Shown: positions 11,792-23,598, counted from the first letter of the whole stretch. The stretch is DNA of 63,257 nt, filler included, from Rhabdomonas costata (GCA_019059605.1; 49 parts of 49 records of this genome joined end to end with filler, not necessarily neighbours in it), one strand, 5' to 3'. Notes: generated by a model not told the origin, from the sequence alone. Numbers and translations are program-made.

Positions 11792-13668
11792 TCAGCCCTG
11801 AGCCTGACCCTCGGGCTCGGACCCCGCGAGTACGTAAACGAACTTTTGCACAGACCTTCCCTCAAACCTCCATCCCCTCACACATATGTTTCTTCCCACC
11901 CTCCAATTCCTTTCCACCCTCACCAACAACCACTTCTGCTTTCCCATTTCCCATTTCGAGATAGCTCTCCTGCGTTCACAACTTTCAAGTCTGCCACCCA
12001 AGCTCGTCTCTTGATCGATAAAAAATGATGCACGGAATGCCTTTATGCCTGACATTGCATCCCAAAATGTATTATGTGATTAACATAAACGCATTTTGGG
12101 ATGCAGTTATGTCAAACGCACTGCTTTTCGGTGGGGAGTGGAAGGTTGGGTTGTGCACATCTTAAACACGTGCAACAACACGCTGAAGCGACATGCACTT
12201 TTTGGAATTGCACATCCCCGGGATGCCAACATAATTTTACGTGGCGAGGCAAGTACGGCAAAGTGGGCCGGAGCCCCCCCCCCCCAGGACCTTTCTCGGG
12301 GTTAGGTAATTTAATTACGGCTCTTGGGATTTGCTCGGTAAAATCTTTCAGCCTGCTGGCTTTTCACCGCTTTATCGTCACGTCTTGGCTTAATTTAGTG
12401 AGTAGTTTGGTAGTTTAATGAGTATTTTTGCACGCTGTCGCTGTCGACCAAATGTTCATTTTTCTCTCAAGTGATGCGATGCTATGTAAGTGCATGAATG
12501 CTTCATTTGTGCACTTGCATAAATGCTTCCGGTTGCATTTATGCTTAGCATAAATGCAACGCAAATGGGGGAGGGGGGCTATTGAGTGGAGCTGCCGCAA
12601 CTTTGATCCATTTTCTCTTTGATTACGTAATTTTGGTTTCAAAAACACCCACGGTAAAGCACACGGGGGGCTGAGTGAAGCGGTCAGAACGCGGCAGTGA
12701 AAAACAAATTCCAAAATCCAAATTTTGAATGTTAGTGAAGTTGGATCTTGAGTTTTTTTGAAGTAAGGAGGACCACGGCACTTCTGCGGCAACGTGGGTC
12801 AGTACTGTAATTACAGCACGCACAAANNNNNNNNNNNNNNNNNNNNNNNNNNNNNNNNNNNNNNNNNNNNTTAATTAATTAANNNNNNNNNNNNNNNNNN
12901 NNNNNNNNNNNNNNNNNNNNNNNNNNGGGTGTTTGTGGTGCAGGTTAGTTTGCTATGGAATCGGGTGCTTCTGGGTTGCTGTGGGTTGCTGGGTGTTGCC
13001 TGTGCGTGGTCTTTGTAGTGTAACTGGTTGTGGTAGATTCTGTGGGGCTGGGGAGCTGGAGTGCTCTGGTTATGGTGGTGTTCCTTGCGGTGGGTTTTGC
13101 ATAGATAGGGGTTGGCTGAGTTTAGAGTATGGCTGTGTGTGGAGGGTGTGGGGGGGTGTGCAGACTGTGGTGTTGCTGTGGCTCATGGTATTACATCTGT
13201 TCTGGGTTCCTTGTGTCCTTGTGTCCTGGTGTGCTTCTTGCGGTTTTGGGTGTAGGATTGACGACGTGTTGTGTACTGGTTTGTGTTGCGGTGTGCGTGG
13301 ATGTCGTAGGGTGGGTGGTGAGCTGTGTGGTGTCGTGCCTTGTGGTCTGTGTCCTGTGAGCCGGACCGATGACTCGAAGGATAGGTGGTGCTGGAGAAAA
13401 AATGTCCCGAAAAATGCGTTTTCTTTTTGGACAAAGCGAACCCCGGTTCAAATGTCTGCTTCAGAATGAAAGAACTTCTGGCCGCCCAATGCCAAGTTCT
13501 TCACTTTGCCAGAGCTTTTGACCCCATCTTTTCGGAGAGCATTTCTTGAAATTTGAACTGTCATGTTTGTGTTCCTGTTTTCGTTTGCTGCAGAGCCTTT
13601 TTCGAAGGTTGCGGTGGTTTTGACAGTTTTTTGCTCCCCTCGACAACCTCCAGAGTTCAGTTCGCGAG

Positions 13669-14110
13669 ATGACCGCAGTTGTGGGCGTTCCTCAAATCTC
13701 TGACCCTGATGGGCAATCTCCGCTCAGCTCCCTCCTCTTGGGCCTCAATCACAGCGTCTCCGATGAGGACCTGGAGGATCCCGGTCATGTCTTGGGTTCG
13801 CTTCATCAGAGGCTATCTCAAGGGCTGGCCCCTCCCCAGGTTCTCGCAGAGTACGTGGCCAAGGTTTGTGTCCTCCTTCCCCTTTTCTCAACACCCCCCT
13901 AATGCATCTGCCGCAGTTCCCGCGTCTCCTCAGCTGCCATGGGACTGTCCAACCTCTCCAGGCACGTTGGACCCGTGATTTCACTGCAATGAACGTGTAC
14001 GTTTTTTCGCCACGTATTTGCGCCTAGTTCTTGCTCTTAGATGCCGCTGCGCTCTGGCTGCTCTCCCCATTTCCATGCCTTTCCCTTGCGGTAGGTTCAA
14101 GCCAAGGCTA
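13669..14110 (+). CDS. Putative 5' part of an unidentified gene; exons about 13669-13863, 13917-13961, 14095-
   Basis: GC3-rich ORF MTAVVGVPQ..LAEYVAK ends at a GTTTGT donor. In-frame 45-nt exon follows, ending at a possible GC donor (GCACGT). Confidence 0.35.
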
Positions 14111-14630
14111 CCCAAAAACNNNNNNNNNNNNNNNNNNNNNNNNNNNNNNNNNNNNNNNNNNNNTTAATTAATTAANNNNNNNNNNNNNNNNNNNNNNNNN
14201 NNNNNNNNNNNNNNNNNNNGGGTTGTGGTTTACTTCCCGCGTCTTTATTCCCCCTAAAACATGCCTCGGGGTGAGCCAAAATAGGAGAGTGAGCATGGTT
14301 GGGGTTTGGGCATGCCAGGCATCAAAAGGCTTTGGCAGAGAGACTTCGTTCTCGATTGTCAATGGTGCCGTTGCCACGCATAAAATTGTCAGGCCCAGCT
14401 CGAGAGCGAGAAAGCCTATGGCGATGGCCACCAATGGTATTTTGGTCATGGCTGCACTGCCATCGTTTTCATGCTTTTTGTGTCAACCCTGTTAATCCGC
14501 ACCGCTTGTCCTAGAACTGAGGTTTCCTAAATAGATTCACCAGCTCTTCTGCAGAGACGCTGCAGAGATACTGGGTTCTCTGCCTCTTTTGGTACCATTC
14601 GGGGCATGCGCCTCCCTCCCCCCCTCCTCA

Positions 14631-15240
14631 CCGCTTATGCTGCTGGGAATGGGTATGAACCCTGCGGTGGCCGCGGCGACGAGCAGTGCGATGATCTTGT
14701 TTACGTCCTCCAGCACAGCAGTGCAGTACTACGTCCTGGGGATGCTTTCCGGACCCCCGGCGCTGTGGTCCGTGTGTGGGGTGGTGGAATGAAACACAGT
14801 GGATTACTGAGCAGTGTGTTCTTATCCCGCTTGCCCAGTGACGAATGACCGCAGAAATCAAGTTGGTCGCAGAGGATTTAATAAGACTGTTCAGGTCGTC
14901 TCTTGCATGATGTTTCTTGGGATATGTTGCGTTGCAACTTCTTCGAGCCCTTCCCCCCACCACATCATCGTCGTTAACCCGGAGAATCACTGCATGACCA
15001 CCCATGGGTCCTGCACACTTTAGGTATGCGTTCATGGGATGCTGCGGAAGCCTTCTGAGCACCGCCTTGTTGCGGACGAGGTGGGTCTCGCCGTACATGA
15101 GAACAGGGTGCCTGCAGCTGTATGCCCTGGCCGCCGTGATCGGGGCCTCGGCCGCTCTGACTGCTCTTGTCTGTGTGCTGATGCTGCACCAGTACGTTCA
15201 GGCTGGCCGTCACCTGCTGTGGGTGTCCAGCCACGAGTGA
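14631..15240 (+). CDS. Sulfite exporter TauE/SafE family membrane protein, C-terminal part; exons about 14631-14767, 15024-15240
   Basis: PLMLLGMGMNPAVAAATSSAMILFTSSSTAVQYYVLG matches the eukaryotic TauE P.VA.ATS...ILF.S motif. A GT-AG intron leads to a hydrophobic last exon ending TGA. Confidence 0.85.
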
Positions 15241-15512
15241 GCGATGAAATGTGTTCAAGCCGATGCTGGGGGGTTTTCTTTGGAGGGCAAATTGTGATTG
15301 TAAGCAATACTGGCGCTTCTTCCACGGCTTCTTCTTACCACGTCGGCGTTGCAGCTGAAGTCGGTGTTGTTATTCTGACCCCAGGAGCGGTAAGCTAATG
15401 TTTCCGCGAGTCNNNNNNNNNNNNNNNNNNNNNNNNNNNNNNNNNNNNNNNNNNNNTTAATTAATTAANNNNNNNNNNNNNNNNNNNNNNNNNNNNNNNN
15501 NNNNNNNNNNNN

Positions 15513-15583
15513 AAAACTTCTCCGCCACCAAAACGATCGATTCCCCATGTGGAAACAATCAAATATATGAGATTGTCTAACAT
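15513..15583 (-). CDS. N-terminus of a probable GT-B (GT4-like) glycosyltransferase, truncated by contig end
   Basis: MLDNLIYLIVSTWGIDRFGGGEV: hydrophobic first strand followed by a GGGE loop, as in GT4 N-termini. Only 23 codons are visible. Confidence 0.5.
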
Positions 15584-15687
15584 GTATATATTATTGCTAT
15601 TTTTTAATTGAGTAAGAGTGTTAAATTTTTTATTAATAACCTATAAATAAATATAATTGTTATGTAACATCAGATTTACAATCTTGT

Positions 15688-16164
15688 ATGTTTTATATAA
15701 TTAACCCAATACCAGTCGTTGATTCATATGAAGTTGTTTTTATAACAAAAAATATAGATGTTGCAGAAGAAATGTATATACAATTAATAAATATTATAAA
15801 TGAAGATATAATTCCACATTTAAATATAGATTGTAACATCGAACTACATGATTTTTTTACAAATAAAAAATTTAAATATGTGGATGATAATTTAAAAAAT
15901 AATTTGTTGGTTTTTATGAAAAGATTTCCAGATCTTGTAACTAAATTTCATGAAAAACAAAAAAGAATTAAAGAAGAACGTAAAAGAATTAACTTATTAA
16001 AACAGAAATATAATAAAAATGATATAACAGAAGAACAAGAACATGAATTGTATGATTTAATAAATAGTTTGATACAAAGAAAACAAAAACATAAATATGA
16101 ATTTGTAAGTATCAAAAAATCAGATATTAAAATAATAAATGAATTAAATATAAAATATAATTAA
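15688..16164 (+). CDS. Hypothetical 158-aa I/N/K-rich protein on an AT-rich non-host contig
   Basis: Complete intronless ATG-to-TAA ORF in very AT-rich DNA, where chance ORFs this long are unlikely. Confidence 0.75.
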   Translation: MFYIINPIPVVDSYEVVFITKNIDVAEEMYIQLINIINEDIIPHLNIDCNIELHDFFTNKKFKYVDDNLKNNLLVFMKRFPDLVTKFHEKQKRIKEERKRINLLKQKYNKNDITEEQEHELYDLINSLIQRKQKHKYEFVSIKKSDIKIINELNIKYN

Positions 16165-16316
16165 TAGAAACCTATTCATTTCTGTAAAAAAATAAAGTTA
16201 AATATAAATATAACAAACATAATATAGTGGGAATTTTTATTTATATTTTTAGGACTGTGGAAAAATAAAAAATAGATTTTAAAAGTATATAAAAATATAT
16301 TTTTAACATCTTATTA

Positions 16317-16550
16317 TCAATACAAAAATTTTATTTTTAGTATTAAATATCTAAAAATAAAATTTATAAAAATTCTTATTTCTTCTATGTTATTGTATAT
16401 GTTAGTCACATAGTGACTAACTATGTCATTGTATATTTCATTGACTTTGATATTGACTATGTTATGGTATATGTTAGTGACTATGTGACTAACCATGTCA
16501 TTGTATATTTCATTGACCGAGTATGCGCGCATATTTGGTAATAAAAACAT
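16317..16550 (-). CDS. Hypothetical 77-aa ORF containing a 72-bp (24-aa) tandem duplication
   Basis: VNEIYND(M/I)VSH(I/Y)VTNIY(H/N)NI occurs twice in frame (DNA repeat about 16386-16517). Confidence 0.45.
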   Translation of the reverse strand: MFLLPNMRAYSVNEIYNDMVSHIVTNIYHNIVNIKVNEIYNDIVSHYVTNIYNNIEEIRIFINFIFRYLILKIKFLY

Positions 16551-16560
16551 TATGATGTTA

Positions 16561-16680
16561 ATAATCTTTTTTATAAAATATTTTATTATTTAATAAAAAA
16601 ATTTATAAACATATGTACTAATTATTTTTTTTATAAAATATTTTTTTGTTTTATAAAAAAATCTATAAACATATGTATTA
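16561..16680. repeat. Two tandem 60-bp AT-rich units, each containing a palindrome/hairpin
   Basis: TTTTTTATAAAATA..(A/T)ATAAAAAAAT(T/C)TATAAACATATGTA repeats at exactly 60-bp spacing. The second copy has about 15-bp arms with one mismatch. Confidence 0.8.
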
Positions 16681-16812
16681 AAATTGTAATGTAATACCAA
16701 CCCCCNNNNNNNNNNNNNNNNNNNNNNNNNNNNNNNNNNNNNNNNNNNNTTAATTAATTAANNNNNNNNNNNNNNNNNNNNNNNNNNNNNNNNNNNNNNN
16801 NNNNNTGTTGTT

Positions 16813-17849
16813 GTTCGTCAGGGCGTCCAGCCAGACGTAGATGCAGTGCTCATGGCTGGGGTGCCGCTCACTGTCCGGAACCTACCAACGAGCGGACCGG
16901 GAGATGAACTCAGCTGTGATGCCTCACTGGAGTGACTGGCATTTCGACCCTGGCGGAGAGTGGTTGGGTCATCATGCCTAGGACGCTCTTCGTCGGGTTC
17001 TTTGCGACTGTGTGGGTGGAGGTCGACTTTTCGTGGGATGCTTCGCATCAGAAACGGGAGGATGGGTCGGGTTTTGGATGTTCGAGGTGCGGGGTGACGT
17101 GATGATGGATGGGGCTGTGTTTGAGGTGGGGTTATTTGTGAGACAATTTTAGAGAGAGGGGGGGTTGTTGTAAAGAGGTGTCGAATGGATAAGAACGGAT
17201 TAGATAAACAAGGTATGAGGAATCATTCTTTTTTTAGCACACGACCCAACTTGAAGTGGGGGCACTGCAAGCAGGTAAGCCCCTTTACAGCGCCAAAAAC
17301 GGGAATAGGCCGTTAAAAATAAATATTGTTGCTGTATAACCTCAGAATAACCACGTCCTGTGTTAACTACTAACCCTGTGCCCAAACCAGGCCAAACGTT
17401 GGCACCAAGCGTGTGGTATCATAGTGACAGGAAACCTCGAAAGATTTATCACCGTATGTCGCTCTTACAAGCATCATTCTGGAGTCAAGATGCCGAAAAC
17501 AACGTAAGGAAAAACATCACATGGTTTTTGGAAATGTGGAAATTTTTTTCAATGAATATAGTTTGGGCGGAGACAGCTTCATAAGCTCCACCGTGTGTGT
17601 GTGGCACAGGGTGCTTCGGTATTGCCACTTCACCGGCTCGGAAACGAAGTCTCACCTTTCTGACAACGCTTGCAATTCACGCCGTCTGTGAAACCGAATA
17701 CGTGAGAGGCGCAGTGATGCCCACCAGACTTTTCCCCTGCCTCTGTGTCTCTTTCTGCGGACGCACACCGGAATGGCCCACTGGCAGATGCTTCGCTTGC
17801 GGGAGATCGACAGGTCAGGCAGCCCTCCCGCAACCAGCCTCTCCACCTC
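16813..17849 (-). CDS. MARS: Methionyl-tRNA synthetase, internal exons 17849-17769 and 16881-about 16813
   Basis: Spliced (GTGTGC..TAG): EVERLVAGGLPDLSISRKRSICQWAIP|VPDSERHPSHEHCIYVWLDALTN, containing the MetRS DLSISR and YVWLDAL.N motifs. Confidence 0.92.
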
Positions 17850-19554
17850 CTGAGCGGGAAAAAGGGCTAAAAAACAAAAACAAAGCGCCATCAATTTTGG
17901 GAGATCGAACTGAGGCACTCAAACCTTGCTCAGTTCAAATCGAATGTGAAGCATTGCACTGCACGGAAGTTAACCGAGGTCAAACCAGGAAAACGGAGNN
18001 NNNNNNNNNNNNNNNNNNNNNNNNNNNNNNNNNNNNNNNNNNTTAATTAATTAANNNNNNNNNNNNNNNNNNNNNNNNNNNNNNNNNNNNNNNNNNNNTG
18101 TTTTTGGGCGTGCTGCCCCAGGGCCCATCTCGGTCTGGCACCCCGAAAGGCCTCCACTGCCCATCCCCGCATTGCGGGAGTCCTGGTTTCCAGGTTTTGA
18201 CCTTTTTTTATACACGGTAGGTAACGCAGAGCAGTATTTTCTCGCAGGGAGGTCGGAAATCTCTGCGAAGAAGTTGGTACCCCTTCTCCCTCTGTACTCC
18301 TACTTCTCTTCCTCCTCCCATCCTCGTTCTTTTCCTCGTTCCTGCCCGCTCGGTTGAGCAGGCCTCGGGCATTCTTTGGTGTCAATGCCTGTGAATTTTC
18401 TACCGTTTCCTATAAAAAAAATCGCCAGAAAGAAAGCAGAATGGCGCAAGACCAGCACATGGCCACCAACATCGCACATTCCCTCTATTCGTTACAAGCA
18501 ATGGCAAGAACCAAACAAGCAAAGGGAGAGCAGATGCGTTCTTGTGCACACTTGCAATCGTCTGCGTTTTCCGGTTCAGTGCTGTAACTTTGGTGCCACT
18601 TTGGCTGCGGCCGGTGAAAGTGCAGTGTGCTGTGGGTGGGTTGGGTGGAGGGGTTTCTGGCAATTGCAGCTCAAAATTAAAAAATCAATTCTCTAGTTCT
18701 ATTGTAGGAAGTGCCGTCTTCCGTACGTCGGGTGACTGTAAGCAAAGCCCCCGCCCTACACACTCGCACCTTGGTTTTCGTCTAACATTCTGGCATTTGT
18801 TGTGGTAAGAACACCGTCGTTAGAAACGAGCTCGTCTTTTTCTGACTCACACGTATCTTATGTTTTTCCCTGGGCACCGTCGCCCCTTTCTTTTTTCTCC
18901 TTTCTTCGCCTGCAGGGCCCATTGTTCTTCTGCTCGTTTTCCAGGTTCCTGCTCCGCCGGGACAGTCCCCCCCCTGCCCTGCTCCCCACCAGCAGCGGGG
19001 CCATCTCGAAGGGCCTCAAGGCAACCGAGCGCTTCCCTCATGCGGCGCCCTTCCCAAGAAGCCACACAGCCTACTGCTAAGCCAGAGAGGCGGATGGAGT
19101 GAGGGAGGAGGTTGATTTTATCTGGCGCAAAAGCAAGTGGCGGATTATAGGCCTTAAATATGGTCAGATGTTGACTTAACTTGCTGGTGGGGTGCACGAA
19201 AATCTCCCCAGGAATCCTCCCACCTTGTCGTGTGGAATGCATGGGCACCCAGCTCTGATGCACCCCACCAGCAAGTTAAGTCAACATCTGANNNNNNNNN
19301 NNNNNNNNNNNNNNNNNNNNNNNNNNNNNNNNNNNTTAATTAATTAANNNNNNNNNNNNNNNNNNNNNNNNNNNNNNNNNNNNNNNNNNNNGGTTGGTGT
19401 TGGGCCTTTGCCGCGTGGCTACGTTTATCCACCGGTTACCCACGCTGCTCCATTCGGCTGGGTTCTCGCTGGTTTTTTCTTGGGACGGGGTGAAGGGAAG
19501 CTTCAAGCGTCAGGTGCGCTGCATAAATGTTAATGCGGAAATGGGCCGGTATGC

Positions 19555-20584
19555 CTTTAAGGCATCGCCACTGAACTGCACCGACACCACGCAGTCGGTG
19601 TGGCCGCGGAGCACCGCCAGCTGCCTCCCCGCCACGCAGTCCCACAGGGCCCCAGTGCAGTCGTTGGAGGCCGTCAACGCCCGCGAACCCTCCCCGCTCA
19701 GCGCCACAGCGTTCATGCCGTGACCCCGCATCACAAGGGAGGGGGGCCCCCCCTCCGTGCCATCCCAGGAGGCCGTGGCCACCATCGCGGGTTGCGTGCC
19801 GCCGGAGGAGCTGAAGGCCACACCCATCACCTGAGAGCGCGGGTGGATTGCGCTCCGTTGTGAGCCGTCTTTGTATCCTTCAATTGCCACAACTTCTTCT
19901 GCGAGACTTGACCTCACTTTCGTTCGCTTTTGCATTGTGTGAAAAGCAAACCAGCTTGGTATGGCCGTGGTAGGACACCACGGGGTTCCATGTGGCCACG
20001 TCCCACAGGATCGCGGTGGCGTCCCCGCTGCCGCTGAGCAAGTGCCTGCCGTCCGGGCTGAACCGCACGCACAGCGCGCCTTGGTCGTGCCTCTCCAAAG
20101 TGCGCCGCTCTCGCCCCGTGAAGGTGTCCCAGACCTTCACCAGGTGATCCCATGACGCCGACGCCACAAACTGCCCTGCAGGATGAAAGGGCACAGACGA
20201 TCGGAAGGGTTGAGAGGTAACCAACACCAATACCATCTGATGGCACAGCGGAACCGATTGCGCTGGCCCATCGTTTTTCGCACTGTGGGAACGAAAGTGA
20301 GCATACGCAGAGCCCACCATTCCAGATGGGCAAAGCAGACCCAGTAAACCCAAGCAAGCCTTCGTAATCATCAATGCATCAATGCCAACTTGGACTTGCT
20401 GCGACATTGCTTCTTGTGCAGGTTTGCTTTCACTAAAGACCCAACCATTAGCAGTCGACAATCAAAATAGTGAGTACACTTCGCCCTACATCGCACTACA
20501 CGGTGCCCGCCACGTGAAGACGGACGTCCCCCCGGCCTCACCCCATCCTACACCGCTCACCCGCCCACTAACCTGACGGGGAGA
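19555..20584 (-). CDS. WD40-repeat protein, partial; exons 20584-20573, 20175-19952, 19830-19555
   Basis: SPSG|QFVASASWDHLVKVWD, FSPDGRHLLSGSGDATAILWD, LRGHTDCVVSVQFS; GT-AG introns in frame. Confidence 0.93.
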
Positions 20585-21094
20585 NNNNNNNNNNNNNNNN
20601 NNNNNNNNNNNNNNNNNNNNNNNNNNNNTTAATTAATTAANNNNNNNNNNNNNNNNNNNNNNNNNNNNNNNNNNNNNNNNNNNNGTGGGGTGGGACCTTA
20701 CTGCCGTTCTAATCGTTAAGGCCTCATTCCCAAGTGCGCTCGGACCTAGGACTCAAATCGGCCCCCTCCAAATCGACTAGATTACCTGCCTTGGAAATGG
20801 AACCCTGAGCTAGACTGGCATGGAGCTCCCGTGTTGAGACGTTGGGGCATTTCTAAATTGGACAATAGACTACTATCTTTTGGGGCATTTTTTTTCGCCG
20901 CATTTCTTTTGAACTTTGAACCAAAGGGGCCTGAAGTTGGCTGGTACATATCGCACAAGTGAATGCAGAGTGAGTGCCCGCACAAAACGGAAGATCTTTG
21001 CGGTGTGTCCTGCTCTCCAGTTGCAATGCACGTTCTGGCCCCCTGACCCAATTACTTGCGGCATTCCTTCCTGCACATACCCGGTTCGCTCCAG

Positions 21095-21554
21095 GCTCTG
21101 TGTACCGGGGAATGTTCCTCAACAACCGGAGGCATGGCAAAGGCAGGCTGGTGCTTCGGAGTGGGGATGACTACCAGGGGGAGTTCCAGTACGGCGCCTT
21201 CCATGGCGAGGGCACGCTGCGGTACGCTGCTGGGGACGTCTACAGCGGGCACTGGCAGCATGGCCTTCCCTACGGGCTGGGCCGGCTTATTCATCCCGAT
21301 GGCTCCGCGTACATCGGCCACTGGGAGGTTCGTACAAGGAAGGAATGGGAAGATCCTTTGAGTTTGTCGTGATGCAAATGTTTGTGCGAGAAGAGACTGC
21401 CGTCGGCGCATAAACGTAGTATCGCTTTTTCTATTCAGCGTGGAAAAAGAAACGGCCACGGGAGGTTCACCACAGATCAGTCGACGTACGTGGGGCAGTG
21501 GGTGGACGACTTCATGGAGGGACAGGGCACTCAGACGTTCTGCGATGGAAGCAG
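21095..21554 (+). CDS. MORN-repeat protein, partial; exons 21095-21327, 21439-21554
   Basis: Repeated Y.G.(F/W)..G..HG.G units, e.g. YRGMFLNNRRHGKG, YQGEFQYGAFHGEG, YVGQWVDDFMEGQG. Confidence 0.93.
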
Positions 21555-23270
21555 GTAGTGTTGTGGTCGAGGGTTGAGCAGGGCAATTAGCACTGGAGAG
21601 GGTGAGCGCCTGAACGCGGAGAAATGTCATGGAATTGCAATTTCGAGTTCCGCCATTGGATATTTCGATAATTTTCCAGCAGCGACTGACACACGCACAC
21701 ACACACACACAGAATCATTCTAGAATGATGCTCCAGTTATTCAAAGGAGGACAGGGTCTCACAGGGCCGACGAGCAATGGAGCAGCGTGGATACTCGCTG
21801 GCTAAAGGTGGCTTCATGACAAGGGCCCGCGTCCTTGAAGCCCTTCGGTCATGGTGAACACCGTGACCCCACACACCNNNNNNNNNNNNNNNNNNNNNNN
21901 NNNNNNNNNNNNNNNNNNNNNTTAATTAATTAANNNNNNNNNNNNNNNNNNNNNNNNNNNNNNNNNNNNNNNNNNNNTTTTGGTGGTTTCTCCCCCTCTT
22001 GCGAGGCGCAGGAATACCATGGCCTCATATTCTGACCTGGTGCACAGTAAGTTTTTCGTTGCAGCTGTCGTGGGCGACGAGCATTGCCAGGGTTGCGGAG
22101 AGAAGGCTGTTGCCAGATCACCAGAGGAAAAAAGTACAACCTAAACGAGTCACTAGCCTGTGGCACAGACAGTTCGGTTCGGGTAAAGGAGAGAAGCTGG
22201 ACACCAGCTCAATGTTTTCTTGGGGTATCATCCGCGGAAAGAGCACCCTTTGTTCCTTGCAACCCTAAAACTGCCGCCTTCACCCCCACCAGTAAGTAAT
22301 TTTGAGCAAATTGTGGAGCCGTTTGAGGCCTCGCTCCGCTTCGCACAAATTATTTGAGAGCCGCCAGGTGGGTACCCGTCTGAGGGTGCAAGGACCGGCC
22401 ACGCAGAGTTTTGGGAGCCCCAGTGTATGTAAGAGCCCCCTGATTCGGCTTTGCCTTCTGACAACCCACCTGCCCCCCTTCACACAATCCATTTTGTTGA
22501 GCACCATAACTTGGTGCTCTCTCATAGTCAACGATGTGCCGCATCCAAAAATCCTGAAAAATTCCTGACATGGGGGGGGGGGCGGATCAGGTCATGGGAA
22601 AGCATAGTTTGTTTGCCTTGCTCTTATTCCATCTTTTCTTTTATTATTTCTCTTATTCCATCTTTCTTTCTTTTCTTTTTCACAGCGTCTGTTTTTAATT
22701 CGAAGGAGACAAGCCCCAAGCGCCTTGTGTGAGTTGTGTGTGAGGAGCAGGACGCGCAGAGATGCGGAGGTGCCTGCTTCGGCTTCGGCTGACTCCCGCA
22801 GAAACGGGCACGGAGACCTTCTTGGTGCGTCCCTTTTTCCGTGGCGAAACTCCTGTGCACTTGTACTTTTCTGCTTCAAAAGAGAGTTTCCCTTGGATGT
22901 TCGGCAGAGCTTACAGAAAAAGTTCTGTGTAAGTCTTTCCTCTCTCGTGACCAGTCAGAGAACCCCAAGGCACTTCGGCGTCCGCCCCCAGAGCCTGCTG
23001 TGCCATATTCGCCTTGGTTGCTTGTGCGGTGGTTGGGGACCAACGTGATATGATTTGATCACTGCGTTGCGACGTAATCTTGCGACTGTGTCTCCCTCAC
23101 GCACGAAGGCACAAGGATGGGAACACCTGTGAGGTGCCGCAGAGGTGTCGCCTCAGACTGCGCCTAATTGNNNNNNNNNNNNNNNNNNNNNNNNNNNNNN
23201 NNNNNNNNNNNNNNTTAATTAATTAANNNNNNNNNNNNNNNNNNNNNNNNNNNNNNNNNNNNNNNNNNNN

Positions 23271-23590
23271 TGCCGCCTTAGAGTGCCGGCTGTTGTGGAT
23301 GGTCCCCTGAAGGGCTCTAAATTTCTTTGAAGCAGTTCGTTGTTTTGGCCTAATTGTGGGCTCATGACTGTGCTGGGCTAAGGGCGGAGCACATGCTGGG
23401 CCATGGTCGCGCTACTGTTGCTGACTGGAGTGGTCGGTTTCGGCAATGTGTTATGAACTATGAGGCTTCCTGGGGTGCTGGAGTGATAGGTGGCCCTGAT
23501 ATGGAGGAGTTCCAGTGGAGAGCAAACTTGGATGGCAAGGACCCCTTTCTTTCGTTGATGGAGCACATTCGCAATGGACATTTCCAGTGA
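23271..23590 (+). mobile_element. Internally deleted Merlin/IS1595(ISXO2)-like transposase pseudogene
   Basis: LGHGRATVADWSGRFRQCV..IGGPD (region before the first catalytic D) is fused directly to the C-terminal MEEFQWRANL..DPFLSLMEHIRNGHF*. A stop and a frameshift lie upstream. Confidence 0.75.
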
Positions 23591-23598
23591 ATATTGTA

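Noticed and set aside
11644-11892. 43-bp perfect inverted repeats flanking the tyrosine-recombinase fragment, resembling TIRs
   Set aside because: The left arm abuts the contig start and primer bases; best explained as a fold-back artefact.
19164-19291. 33-bp perfect inverted repeat
   Set aside because: It ends exactly at the contig terminus; likely fold-back artefact.
20176-20490. Possible non-canonical intron joining GEVYSL to FHPAGQ in the WD40 gene
   Set aside because: A conventional GT-AG intron (20572-20176) gives SPSG|QFVAS and explains the frame.
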